Shown: piece by piece, positions 10,261-18,769 of the stretch
Numbering within the stretch: position 1 is the first letter of the stretch
Layout: each line of letters begins with the position of its first letter
Source: a candidate division FCPU426 bacterium
GTDB taxonomy: Bacteria > Oederibacteriota > JAAXVQ01 > JAUVAV01
Direction of reading: 5' to 3'
Length of the DNA: 64,000 nt
Assembly: GCA_030637655.1 (NCBI GenBank)
Contig: DAOWGI010000027.1
Coordinates: 57,576 to 121,575 of the forward strand
Made by a program: the position numbers and the translations under genes
The notes under the pieces: model-generated
Told to the model about the DNA's origin: nothing
Seen by the model: the letters and a program-made list of their open reading frames with translations, nothing else
The model's database searches: none

Positions 10261-10494
10261 TAGGAGTTTGAGCATTTAGTCTGTTTTTTGGTAACAGGTC
10301 AGTCATGCGTTTTTTTGTTTGTCATCCCCGAATGCAGCCCCCACCCTGTCATCCCCGAATGCTTGTATCGGGGATACGGTTTTAAAAAACCAGATTCCTG
10401 CCGAATGCGTCCCTATATATCTTTTCCGGTCGGGGCCGATTAAACCGTTCGGGAATGACAACCTAAAAAAACCGCCTAAATGCTCAAACTCCTA
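10261..10494. mobile_element. Nested MITE: outer TIR GGAGTTTGAGCATTTAG with TA flanks, carrying an inner ACAGGTCAGT element and REP doublet
   Basis: TA|GGAGTTTGAGCATTTAG (10263-10279)...CTAAATGCTCAAACTCC|TA is a perfect 17-bp inverted repeat; the interior matches 7972-8138. Confidence 0.8.
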
Positions 10495-11370
10495 ATGGAA
10501 CCGTTTGGCACGCATGCGAAAGAACTTAACTAATGGTCCAATATATGACCGATCGGTCTGCAATTCAATTCCATCCATATTTATTTTTCGGAACAGATCA
10601 CGTCGCGCTTCCCGCTGATCCCGGTTATATTGAGCATAGGCTTTTCGAACTGCCGCCGAACCGGTCGGCACCAAACGACTGGTTCCCCGTTCCGAATCCT
10701 CCATAACCACATACGGAATGTTTGGCAAGGTCTCTTCCCGCGGATCACGTATTTCTATGGCAATCACATCATGCCTGCGGTTGGTCACAGCCAACGCGCG
10801 TTCATAGCCGTGGACATGGAAATCGGAAATTAAGAAAACAATGCAGCGCCGCTTTAAAACCTCATTTAAATACTCCAGAACGGGATTGAAATCCGTGCCG
10901 TGACCTTCGGGTTGCGCGTATAGCACATCCCGCAAAATTCTGGATAGATGCGAGCCGCCCTTGGCCGGCGGAATAAATTTTTCAATTTGATCAGTAAACA
11001 ACAATGCGCCTACGCGATCATTGTTTTTAATGGCCGTATAACTGAGCACTGCCGCGATCTCTGCTGTCATTTCCGCTTTGGTTTGCGATTGCGTACCAAA
11101 TCTTTGTGAGGCCGAAGCATCCACCAACAGCATAATATTAAGTTCGCGTTCCTCAGTAAATTTCTTGATGTGCGGATGTCCGGTGCGCGCGGTAACATTC
11201 CAATCAATGGCACGAATATCATCTCCGGGAAAATACTCCCGAACCTCATCAAATTCCATGCCTCGTCCTTTGAACACACTCTCATATTGACCGGCAAATA
11301 TTTCGTTTACAATACGGCCGGTTCTAATTTCCAGACGCCTGATTTTGGCAATGATTTCTTTGGGTAACAT
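10492..11370 (-). CDS. DUF58 domain protein
   Basis: GRGMEFDEVREY.PGDDIRAIDWNVTAR and EERE..I.LLVDASAS motifs. Confidence 0.92.
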   Translation of the reverse strand: MLPKEIIAKIRRLEIRTGRIVNEIFAGQYESVFKGRGMEFDEVREYFPGDDIRAIDWNVTARTGHPHIKKFTEERELNIMLLVDASASQRFGTQSQTKAEMTAEIAAVLSYTAIKNNDRVGALLFTDQIEKFIPPAKGGSHLSRILRDVLYAQPEGHGTDFNPVLEYLNEVLKRRCIVFLISDFHVHGYERALAVTNRRHDVIAIEIRDPREETLPNIPYVVMEDSERGTSRLVPTGSAAVRKAYAQYNRDQREARRDLFRKINMDGIELQTDRSYIGPLVKFFRMRAKRFH

Positions 11371-11401
11371 ATCGTTATTACATTCCTTCGCAGATTGTCG
11401 T

Positions 11402-11428
11402 GTAGGGGCGAGGTTACCTCGCCCCTAC
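11402..11428. repeat. GTAG-type REP-like palindrome
   Basis: GTAGGGGCGAGG-TTA-CCTCGCCCCTAC, perfect 12-bp arms, 2 nt after the moxR stop. Confidence 0.7.
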
Positions 11429-11430
11429 GA

Positions 11431-12420
11431 TCATGGGACTTCCACCCCGTCAAACACGGATTTTACAATATCCTCTGAGGTCAATTGCTCGGCCTCGGCT
11501 TCATAAGTCACAATGATCCGGTGTCTCAGCACATCCGGTCCAATGGTTTTGACATCTTCCGGAGTAATAAATCCACGACCGGATAAAAAGGCGTACGCCT
11601 TGGCTGCCATGGTAAGACTAATAGTTGCTCGAGGAGAAGCGCCATAGGCTATAAGTTCGCGCATATCTTTCAAGCCTGCTTGTTCCGGTTCGCGCGTGGC
11701 AAATACCAAGTCCACGATGTAGTTTTGCATTTTTTCATCAACATAAATTTGAGCGACTATTTCACGTGCTTTGAGTATTTCTTTGGTGGATATCTTGTTT
11801 TTCACTTTTGGCATCTCACCCACGGTCATACGCTTGAGTATCTCTTTTTCCTCTTCCCGGGTGGGATAACCAATTTTCAATTTCAAAAGAAAGCGATCCA
11901 CCTGGGCTTCAGGCAAAGGATAGGTCCCTTGTTGTTCAATCGGATTTTGGGTGGCCATCACCAAAAACGGTTTATCCAAAGGAAAGGTTGTATCACCAAT
12001 GGTGACTTGGCGTTCTTGCATGGCCTCTAACAAAGCGCTCTGCACTTTGGCCGGTGCCCGGTTGATTTCATCGGCTAGAATCAGATTGGAAAAAATCGGA
12101 CCGCGCTTAACACTAAAACCAGCACCTTTGGGATTGTAAATCATAGTTCCAATTAAATCCGCGGGTAATAAATCCGGGGTAAATTGCAAGCGCTGAAAAT
12201 CAGCGTCAATGACTTCTGACAGGGTTTTAATGATCAGTGTCTTGGCCAAACCAGGAACACCTTCCAACAAAACATGTCCATCAGCCAGCAGTCCAATCAA
12301 CAGGCCGTCGACCAGAGTGTGCTGCCCTACAATAACACGGCCTATTTCCTGGCGTAATTCTTCCACAAAAACGCTTTCTTTTTTGACTTTTTCGTTCAAG
12401 GCACGAATATCTTTATTCAT
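11431..12420 (-). CDS. moxR: MoxR family AAA+ ATPase
   Basis: HVLLEGVPGLAKT, RLQFTPDLLPAD, LADEINRAPAKVQSALLEAMQE and TQNPIEQQGTYPLPEAQVDRF. Confidence 0.95.
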   Translation of the reverse strand: MNKDIRALNEKVKKESVFVEELRQEIGRVIVGQHTLVDGLLIGLLADGHVLLEGVPGLAKTLIIKTLSEVIDADFQRLQFTPDLLPADLIGTMIYNPKGAGFSVKRGPIFSNLILADEINRAPAKVQSALLEAMQERQVTIGDTTFPLDKPFLVMATQNPIEQQGTYPLPEAQVDRFLLKLKIGYPTREEEKEILKRMTVGEMPKVKNKISTKEILKAREIVAQIYVDEKMQNYIVDLVFATREPEQAGLKDMRELIAYGASPRATISLTMAAKAYAFLSGRGFITPEDVKTIGPDVLRHRIIVTYEAEAEQLTSEDIVKSVFDGVEVP

Positions 12421-12508
12421 ACTTACTTCCCTCCCAACAATGCGATTTTTCTGTACAATAACTTATTCAAAAACATAACGCTTGTCAAGTCCTGAAGCTA
12501 AAAATAAG

Positions 12509-12672
12509 TAATATGTCAGTGAAGTGCGTAGTTAAACAAAGATTGTCATTCCCGAGGGTTTAATCGGGAATCTGGTTTTTTAAACCGTATCCCCGATACA
12601 AGCATTCGGGGATGACAGGGTGGGGGCTGCCTTCACGGATGACAAACAAAAAAACGCTTCACTGACATGTTA
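12509..12672. mobile_element. TA-flanked MITE (ACATGTCAGT family) with REP doublet, inverted relative to the 7972 copy
   Basis: TA|ATATGTCAGTGAAG...CTTCACTGACATGT|TA; lacks the 38-nt insert present in the 7972 and 10294 copies. Confidence 0.8.
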
Positions 12673-14007
12673 CAAAAATAAAATAGCCGTAATTCGCGTG
12701 CGCAAAGATCCCTTTTGACTGCCTTCTCCCAGGGAAAGGTCTGATACCAGAACACGCGCTACCCGTTGAATGTAATCACCTTCTGAATCACGCGCGTGAA
12801 TGCCATACAGATTGTGAATCACATAGGTTCTGCCCTGGACATTTCCCAATACCAGCATAATATGCCCAGGTAGGTAGAGCAGACACCTTCCTCCTGTCAA
12901 CCGGCTGAGCTGTTCCGCCTTTTGCCGGCTATTGCCGGAAAGTTGTTCTTTCGGCAATACAGCCTGCATACCCATTGTGCTCCGTGGCAACTCAAGACCG
13001 CAGGTAAGTCCGATACGCCGAATGAATTCCGAGCAATCACCGTAGCCTCCTCCTCCTCCCCAGCTATAGGCTTCACCTAACAAAATGAAGGCCTGCTCAA
13101 GTATGACACGCGCTGTGCCCGGACGTGGTCCAAAATGAAGCGCAGCTCTCTCCTTGACTGTGACCGGTATGAAATACAGCTTTCCTTGCTGATCCCGGCG
13201 GGGAAAAGCCAGTTGGTTGCCCTTTTTTTTATAGAATGCCAATTGGCAGCCCATTCTGGCTCGATCTTCCGTTTCTTTTTTTTTCCATTGTATGAACGAG
13301 ATTTCCTTACCGACAACAATGGTCTGGGATTGCCGCACCTGCTCTCGCAAAGCGCTTTTACTGACCATGACCCCTGCATCCTGTGCTTTGATCCAGCCGC
13401 GAGCAATCGTAGTAGCTACAAAAAACCATTTTTTATCCGTACTGCTGTGCAGTATTGCCAACGGCTCGGATAAACGCAGGCCGGAAATCAACAGCATATT
13501 AAATTCCGTATCCAAGGGCTTGGTGGTAATTATTTCTTCGGTTGGAAACATACGCAACTGCGTCCGGCGAACTGTCATTCCCCACACAACCGGATTAGAC
13601 CCCTGCAGGCTTGCCAGGTTCACATTTTTTTTTATCGCTTGGTACGCCTGCTGTTGCATTGCCTGCCCTTGTTCATTAAAGCGCCCTACTCGCTGCAAAT
13701 AAGAAAAATCGCTTTTTAGCCACTCGCGCAGTGTGTTGCAAGACAATTGGTCCGGCAGCACAAAAATATCAATAAAATATCGTGTATGTTTCCATTGCGC
13801 CGGCTGTTTTTGCGCCGGCTTTTTGGCAAACAACAGTTGATCCGGTTTTTCCAACCGCTCAATCCAATACTGCGCGGTTTCCATGTTTTTTTCAACATAG
13901 GGCAGGTTGTCAGGTCCTGCCTGAATGCGGAGTTCTGTTTGTACTCCCTTTGGCAATACGACCAGAAAAAAACTAAAAAAAACGATTACCAGCTTGTTTT
14001 TGTTCAC
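12670..14007 (-). CDS. Secreted NlpC/P60 peptidase with SH3b-like domains
   Basis: Signal peptide; YSWGG...GDCSEF (catalytic Cys), LPGHIML (His) and VIH. Confidence 0.85.
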   Translation of the reverse strand: MNKNKLVIVFFSFFLVVLPKGVQTELRIQAGPDNLPYVEKNMETAQYWIERLEKPDQLLFAKKPAQKQPAQWKHTRYFIDIFVLPDQLSCNTLREWLKSDFSYLQRVGRFNEQGQAMQQQAYQAIKKNVNLASLQGSNPVVWGMTVRRTQLRMFPTEEIITTKPLDTEFNMLLISGLRLSEPLAILHSSTDKKWFFVATTIARGWIKAQDAGVMVSKSALREQVRQSQTIVVGKEISFIQWKKKETEDRARMGCQLAFYKKKGNQLAFPRRDQQGKLYFIPVTVKERAALHFGPRPGTARVILEQAFILLGEAYSWGGGGGYGDCSEFIRRIGLTCGLELPRSTMGMQAVLPKEQLSGNSRQKAEQLSRLTGGRCLLYLPGHIMLVLGNVQGRTYVIHNLYGIHARDSEGDYIQRVARVLVSDLSLGEGSQKGSLRTRITAILFL

Positions 14008-14117
14008 TTTTTACACCATGTCCGTTTTGAAGCTTTTGAGGAGATATTCCTGTTTTCTACATTTATAAATATAGCCTCTTAGGCACTTACAAATGAAATT
14101 CTTTCAAAAATGGAAAG

Positions 14118-14242
14118 AAAATTAACCGCCGATGAACGCAAATAAACGCAGATATTTATAGCCTAATGGATAAAAAAGATTTTAATTTGCGTGTATCCGC
14201 GTGTATCGGCGGCTAATTTTGGTTCCGGTTTATCCGGGTTAG
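14118..14242. repeat. Imperfect palindromic element with ~10-nt periodic arms plus GGTTCCGG...CCGGGTTAG terminus
   Basis: AAAATTAACCGCCGATGAACGCAAATAAACGCAGAT...ATTTGCGTGTATCCGCGTGTATCGGCGGCTAATTTT; the 22-nt terminus matches 38329-38350. Confidence 0.65.
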
Positions 14243-15702
14243 GGACGCAAAAAATTAATGGTTTTTAATCGTTCCAACAAAGATCCTTTGGTGCTTCCCT
14301 CTCCCAGGGATAAATCCGAAACCACAACTTCTCCAATAATTATTTTACGATCTTTTTTTGGTTTGTCCAACACCCGATACGCCCAAATATCATGTATCGC
14401 GTAGTATATATCTCCTTCGCTCCCAAGATAAAGCATGATATGTCCGGGAAATTGCAGCAGCACCGGATGCTTGATCTTGTTCAGTTTTGCTTGTCTTTGC
14501 CGCGTATTGTTCTTCCTGGCAAACGTATACCGGCCGCTTCCTACCCTGGCTTGGGACGACGAATTGCGAGGCAAAATAAATCCCATGGTGGCATACACAT
14601 CCATTATCACTTGTGAGCAATCCCGGTACTCATTCATCCCGCCCCAAGCGTATGGTGTGTGTAGGAGTTTGAACGCCTGTTGACATATATTACGTGGCGT
14701 ATATGCCAAGTACCCTTGGTGCACATCCGCTGCTCGGGAAATATATATTTTCCGACGAATAATATCACCGTTCTTCTTTTTTTTCGGAAATCCGACAACA
14801 TAATATGCTTTCGTTCTGCCCAGCAAGGGACACACGGTTCCCATATAGAGTTTCTCCGCCACTATGGTGGTGCCGGGCGCTTCAACTGCTTCCACCTTAT
14901 GTCCGGTAATCACAAGAAAACGCTTAGGCTTGATATACCGCTCCAATTTTTTTGGATTGCAGTCTTCTAAAATATCACTCCGTTTTATCCAGCCACGACA
15001 ATACGCGGTGACCACAAATACCCAGGCTTGATCACGACTGCTGTGCATAATGGCCAGGGGTTGCAGAGCCCTGACTGAGGAGACTTGTACAATGTCAAAA
15101 TTTACATTCCAACGCTTTCCGGTGACTAAAAGCTCAGTCGGATAATATCGCACATTGGTTCTTCGCAGGGTGAGTCCATATCGAACCGGATTGTTTTCCT
15201 GAATGGCGTTCAGATTCAGGTTGTCATCCAAAGCGGCAAATGTTTTCTGACAAATCGGCTCTCCTCCACTATCCCACCGCTGTTTGCGTTTGATCCGTTC
15301 GGTCTCGTCTTTGAGATAAGTATATAGTGTATACCCTTCCAATATACCCGGGCTATAGGCTGAAGGACGTTCCAAATTCCATTCCCACTCCGGATTGTCC
15401 TCTCCGGGTCGATCGACCTCCACATAGCGATAATCCCATAATTTATCCGTAAACACATTGGTCAACAAACCCCGCGTGATATTTTTGCGATTGATTTTCC
15501 TGATTTGCTTTTTTGTGAGCAATAAGTGATCGCGAAAAATATATTTGTTTATCCAATATTCGGGCTGATCCATTTCCAAAGTACAATTAAACAACGGCAG
15601 TGTTGCCCGCTCTTGATAAGGCGGGCCTGCTGGAATCTGCAGCGAAGCGCAACCAGACAGATTGACGAGCAAAAAGCAGAGGATAATATATTTTCGCAAC
15701 AC
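14239..15702 (-). CDS. Lipoprotein NlpC/P60 peptidase with SH3b-like domains
   Basis: Lipobox LSGC; PYAWGG...RDCSQ, FPGHIML and AIH; C-terminal VSDLSLGEGS.KGSL shared with the neighbouring paralog. Confidence 0.85.
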   Translation of the reverse strand: MLRKYIILCFLLVNLSGCASLQIPAGPPYQERATLPLFNCTLEMDQPEYWINKYIFRDHLLLTKKQIRKINRKNITRGLLTNVFTDKLWDYRYVEVDRPGEDNPEWEWNLERPSAYSPGILEGYTLYTYLKDETERIKRKQRWDSGGEPICQKTFAALDDNLNLNAIQENNPVRYGLTLRRTNVRYYPTELLVTGKRWNVNFDIVQVSSVRALQPLAIMHSSRDQAWVFVVTAYCRGWIKRSDILEDCNPKKLERYIKPKRFLVITGHKVEAVEAPGTTIVAEKLYMGTVCPLLGRTKAYYVVGFPKKKKNGDIIRRKIYISRAADVHQGYLAYTPRNICQQAFKLLHTPYAWGGMNEYRDCSQVIMDVYATMGFILPRNSSSQARVGSGRYTFARKNNTRQRQAKLNKIKHPVLLQFPGHIMLYLGSEGDIYYAIHDIWAYRVLDKPKKDRKIIIGEVVVSDLSLGEGSTKGSLLERLKTINFLRP

Positions 15703-15882
15703 TCGGTTACTCCTTTGGCGCCGGCATCTGCAAAAAAATTTAAATAATAAATTTATTATAGCAACTTTTGTATGTTGGAGAAAATTTTTTTAACTTCCTT
15801 CCCGGTTGTCACCAGGTAAATCCCTATATTTTTCCACCCTCTGCTTACAGAAACAATTTAGCCTTGCTCTGTCCAGTTGGTG

Positions 15883-17313
15883 TCATCCCCTCCGCAGGAC
15901 ATCCCGGGCTTGCCCGTGGGGCTCCCTAATATGATATTGCTTCATTTTAGTGAATAATGTTTTGTAATCAATTTCCAACCAGCGAGCGGTTTTAACCTTG
16001 TTCCCGCCACTACGTTCCAATGCTCGCTGGATTAATTCCTTTTCTAAGTGGGAAATCACTTCGCGGGAAACTTCTTTCATTGGCCGGTTTTGCTCTAAAT
16101 TCGCCTGAATGAAAAAGGCAGCTGGCCGGCTGTTGGCGGCAATTTCCTTGGACAAATGCTCTGTACGTACGCAGTCAAAAGCAAAAATAACCGCCCGTTT
16201 AATAGTTGACTGCAATTCACTTATGTTTCCCGGCCAGGAGTACGCGCACAAGCATGCTTCTGCTTCCGGGGACAGGGTGACTACGTTTTTCTTAAACACT
16301 TGGTTATATTTATCTAAAAAATATTTACTCAACATTCGGATATCCTCACCACGTTCCCTTAGCGACGGGACTTGCAGCGAAAACTCGTTTAGGCGATAAT
16401 ACAAATCCTGATGAAATTTACCCTGCTTCATCATCGTTCTCAGATCCTGCTGACTGGCAGCAAGCAGCCGGATGTCCAACGACTTTGAAGCACGGTCTTC
16501 TTTTAATCCCATATCTTGTTCCTCTAAAAATAACGCCAATTGCGTTTGCGCTGAGTAGGATAATTGTTCAATATCCTTAATAAAAAGCGTACCCACCGTC
16601 GCTTTGGCTAATAGTCCGTTACTTTTCATAGGATAACCCGCAGCTTCGGTCATTTCCTTGCCAAACAGTATCGCTGCTGTATCTTTTTTTGCCAACAGAC
16701 TACAATCCATGCTGATAAAAGACATCTGTGATCGACTACTACTGGCATGTATCGCATGGGCTATAGACTCTTTCCCGGTTCCGCGTTCACCCAGGATGCA
16801 AACAGAAATCGGATTTTGACTCACCTGCTCTATTTGCTGACGAATATTGACTATTGCCGGGCAGTCCCCGATGATTTGGTCCGCATCCCCTGCTTCCTGA
16901 ATTTGCCGCTTCAGAGTTGTTACCTCTTGGGCCAATTTTCTGGTATGCAGAGCATTTCTTATAGTAATCATTGCCTCGTTAATATTCACTGGTTTTAATA
17001 AGAAATCGTAGACCCCAAACCCACAGATATCACTTAAATTCTCTCGTGTGTGTGTTGAAGTAAGCATTATTATTAGGGCGCTTTGATGAACTTGCCGCAC
17101 TTTAGCAATCAGAGACGTTCCGCATAAGTCCGGCATGCGCAATTCCAGTATGACGATCTCCGGATGTTCTTGAGCCATTATTTCTAATCCGGTTTGCGCC
17201 GTACTTGCCCTAAGTGCGATTTGCCCTTCTGACTCAATCACTTTTACCAGCTGCTGGCAGCTTTCTACGTCAAAATCCAGTACTAATATTTTCAATCTTT
17301 GCTTGCTTCTCAT
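15883..17313 (-). CDS. NtrC-family receiver-AAA+-Fis HTH regulator with degenerate catalytic motifs
   Basis: Receiver fold, GERGTGKE, DLYYRL, PSLRER, WPGN and a Fis-type HTH (GGNKVKTARWLEIDYKTL); no GAFTGA; Walker B reads FIKDI. Confidence 0.85.
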   Translation of the reverse strand: MRSKQRLKILVLDFDVESCQQLVKVIESEGQIALRASTAQTGLEIMAQEHPEIVILELRMPDLCGTSLIAKVRQVHQSALIIMLTSTHTRENLSDICGFGVYDFLLKPVNINEAMITIRNALHTRKLAQEVTTLKRQIQEAGDADQIIGDCPAIVNIRQQIEQVSQNPISVCILGERGTGKESIAHAIHASSSRSQMSFISMDCSLLAKKDTAAILFGKEMTEAAGYPMKSNGLLAKATVGTLFIKDIEQLSYSAQTQLALFLEEQDMGLKEDRASKSLDIRLLAASQQDLRTMMKQGKFHQDLYYRLNEFSLQVPSLRERGEDIRMLSKYFLDKYNQVFKKNVVTLSPEAEACLCAYSWPGNISELQSTIKRAVIFAFDCVRTEHLSKEIAANSRPAAFFIQANLEQNRPMKEVSREVISHLEKELIQRALERSGGNKVKTARWLEIDYKTLFTKMKQYHIREPHGQARDVLRRG

Positions 17314-17533
17314 GGCGTTTTTTTATCCTTGGATTGGAAATCAAAGCATTAGTTACTCTATTCAGAATAACCACTTATTTTTCTGTAGCTTCTTACTCTT
17401 CTTGATTACTATTAGTATGAAACCCCTGCCGCTTTCTAAAAACACCTTTGTTTTATTCGGTTTTTATTCTGTTCTCATTGTGAATCAATAATAATTGATT
17501 TTTAAACGTCCCGCACCACATACCTGGTTTGAA

Positions 17534-17569
17534 ATAAAAATCCCACAGGCGTGCGCCTGTGGATTTTTA
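17534..17569. terminator. Intrinsic terminator downstream of the two small ORFs (probably bidirectional)
   Basis: AAAAATCCCACAGGCG-TG-CGCCTGTGGATTTTT, a GC-rich hairpin with A/T tails on both sides. Confidence 0.7.
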
Positions 17570-17622
17570 TCAATATTTATACGTTTTGGAAAAACACTTC
17601 CCAATCTATCTGTTTTCTATTA

Positions 17623-17832
17623 TTAATCATAAGCACCTTGATCAACCTGCCACCAGGGAAAATATAGTCTCCATCTCATTTTCGGACTCCTTAAGGCCGC
17701 TCGCAATTTTTGTCGCGGGTCTTCATTACCATGTAGATATATCGCTCTTGGTTGAATTTGATATCCCACTGTTTCTGCAGTGCGTAAATGACCTGGTTCC
17801 CAAGTCAGTGATTGTAGTCGCCTGGATCGCAT
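17623..17832 (-). CDS. Small protein (69 aa), FPWW-motif paralog 2
   Basis: RBS GGAGAGGGG 4 nt before the ATG; shares LxWxP and W...FPWW motifs with the upstream ORF. Confidence 0.6.
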   Translation of the reverse strand: MRSRRLQSLTWEPGHLRTAETVGYQIQPRAIYLHGNEDPRQKLRAALRSPKMRWRLYFPWWQVDQGAYD

Positions 17833-17856
17833 TGTACCCCTCTCCGCAAAGAATGC

Positions 17857-18054
17857 TTATTCTGTTTTTAAACGCCACCAGGGAAAAAAGTCTGCAATTT
17901 GCCAGTCATTGTCAACTCGCTTGACTGTACTGGATTGCTGGTAATAATCTGATCGATGTACAGTGGTTTTTTTCCATAGAAGCGCTGGGTGTGTGCTACC
18001 TTCCGGATACCAAGCCAGACGCCCAGGTACTGTTTGGTTAATTTCTCTTGGCAT
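17857..18054 (-). CDS. Small protein (65 aa), FPWW-motif paralog 1
   Basis: GGGGGG RBS 6 nt before the ATG (MPREINQ...LAWYPEG...WQIADFFPWWRLKTE); directly behind a sigma-54-like promoter. Confidence 0.6.
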   Translation of the reverse strand: MPREINQTVPGRLAWYPEGSTHPALLWKKTTVHRSDYYQQSSTVKRVDNDWQIADFFPWWRLKTE

Positions 18055-18080
18055 GATCATCCCCCCGTACACTTCAATAA

Positions 18081-18096
18081 AGCAAAATGCATGCCT
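18081..18096 (-). promoter_or_regulatory. sigma-54 (-24/-12) promoter
   Basis: AGGCATGCATTTTGCT = GG-N10-GC, close to the consensus TGGCACG-N4-TTGCW; predicted +1 falls just before the RBS. Confidence 0.65.
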
Positions 18097-18176
18097 GCTT
18101 TTTTCCATTTTACCTTCGTCGAAAAACTTTAAATATCAATCGTTTTTTTGACTGTTCTTTTTTACAGCTAAACTTT

Positions 18177-18214
18177 GCTCCTGAAGTATGTAACCAATTC
18201 CACACTTCAGGAGC
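18177..18214. promoter_or_regulatory. Inverted repeat, candidate enhancer (UAS) or hairpin
   Basis: GCTCCTGAAGT-N16-ACTTCAGGAGC, ~80-120 bp upstream of the -24 element. Confidence 0.4.
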
Positions 18215-18289
18215 TTTCACTATGGAATGCACTACCCTGTTCAATATTTAGAATTTAGAATCCGGTTATTGGCGCTAAAAACGATCGCC

Positions 18290-18586
18290 TAGGAGTGTGA
18301 GCAATTAGTCGGTTTTTTGTAATATATTAGCCGTTCGGTAGTTACGTCTACTTGCTTGAAAAGCCCTGAGGTCTGGTTCTTTTTTCAAAAAAGCGAGGTT
18401 TCAGGAAATACCACTATTATTAATAAGTTTTAACCGGCTTCGTACTATGATTACGCTAGCTGTTCCCGATTACTATTTAATGCCGTTAGCGTTTTGAAAA
18501 AAGAACCAGACCTCAGGACTTGCACTGAACAGCTAATATATTACGATTTTTTTAATTTCTGAGCAATTGAGTTTTTTTATTGCTCT
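18290..18586. mobile_element. Nested MITE (same outer shell as 7944-8189, different cargo)
   Basis: TA|GGAGTGTGAGCAATTAG; inner TA|ATATATTAGC...GCTAATATAT|TA; perfect 26-bp inner IR 18365-18390/18492-18517; the GCAATTGAGTTTTTTTATTGCTC end matches the reverse complement of 7944-7967. Confidence 0.7.
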
Positions 18587-18717
18587 ATTGGCCAATTGGT
18601 GAATTGTAAACACAAGTGCAACATTACGGGATTAAAAAAAGAGTCCCTTTACTCAACAAAACCTGATAGCGTGTAGGTGTGAACCAAACACTAAAACCAG
18701 GGGAGCAAAGGCACAAT

Positions 18718-18756
18718 AAAAAAGGGCTAAGGAGTTTTGTCTCCCCAGCCCTTTTT
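18718..18756 (-). terminator. Intrinsic terminator of the ktr operon
   Basis: AAAAAGGGCT...AGCCCTTTTT hairpin ~14 nt after the ktrA stop. Confidence 0.65.
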
Positions 18757-18769
18757 CAATAGCTACGCC

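Noticed and set aside
7944-12672. Recurring ~200-nt repeats as a CRISPR array
   Set aside because: The copies are kilobases apart, long, and bounded by terminal inverted repeats; there is no repeat-spacer periodicity and no cas gene.
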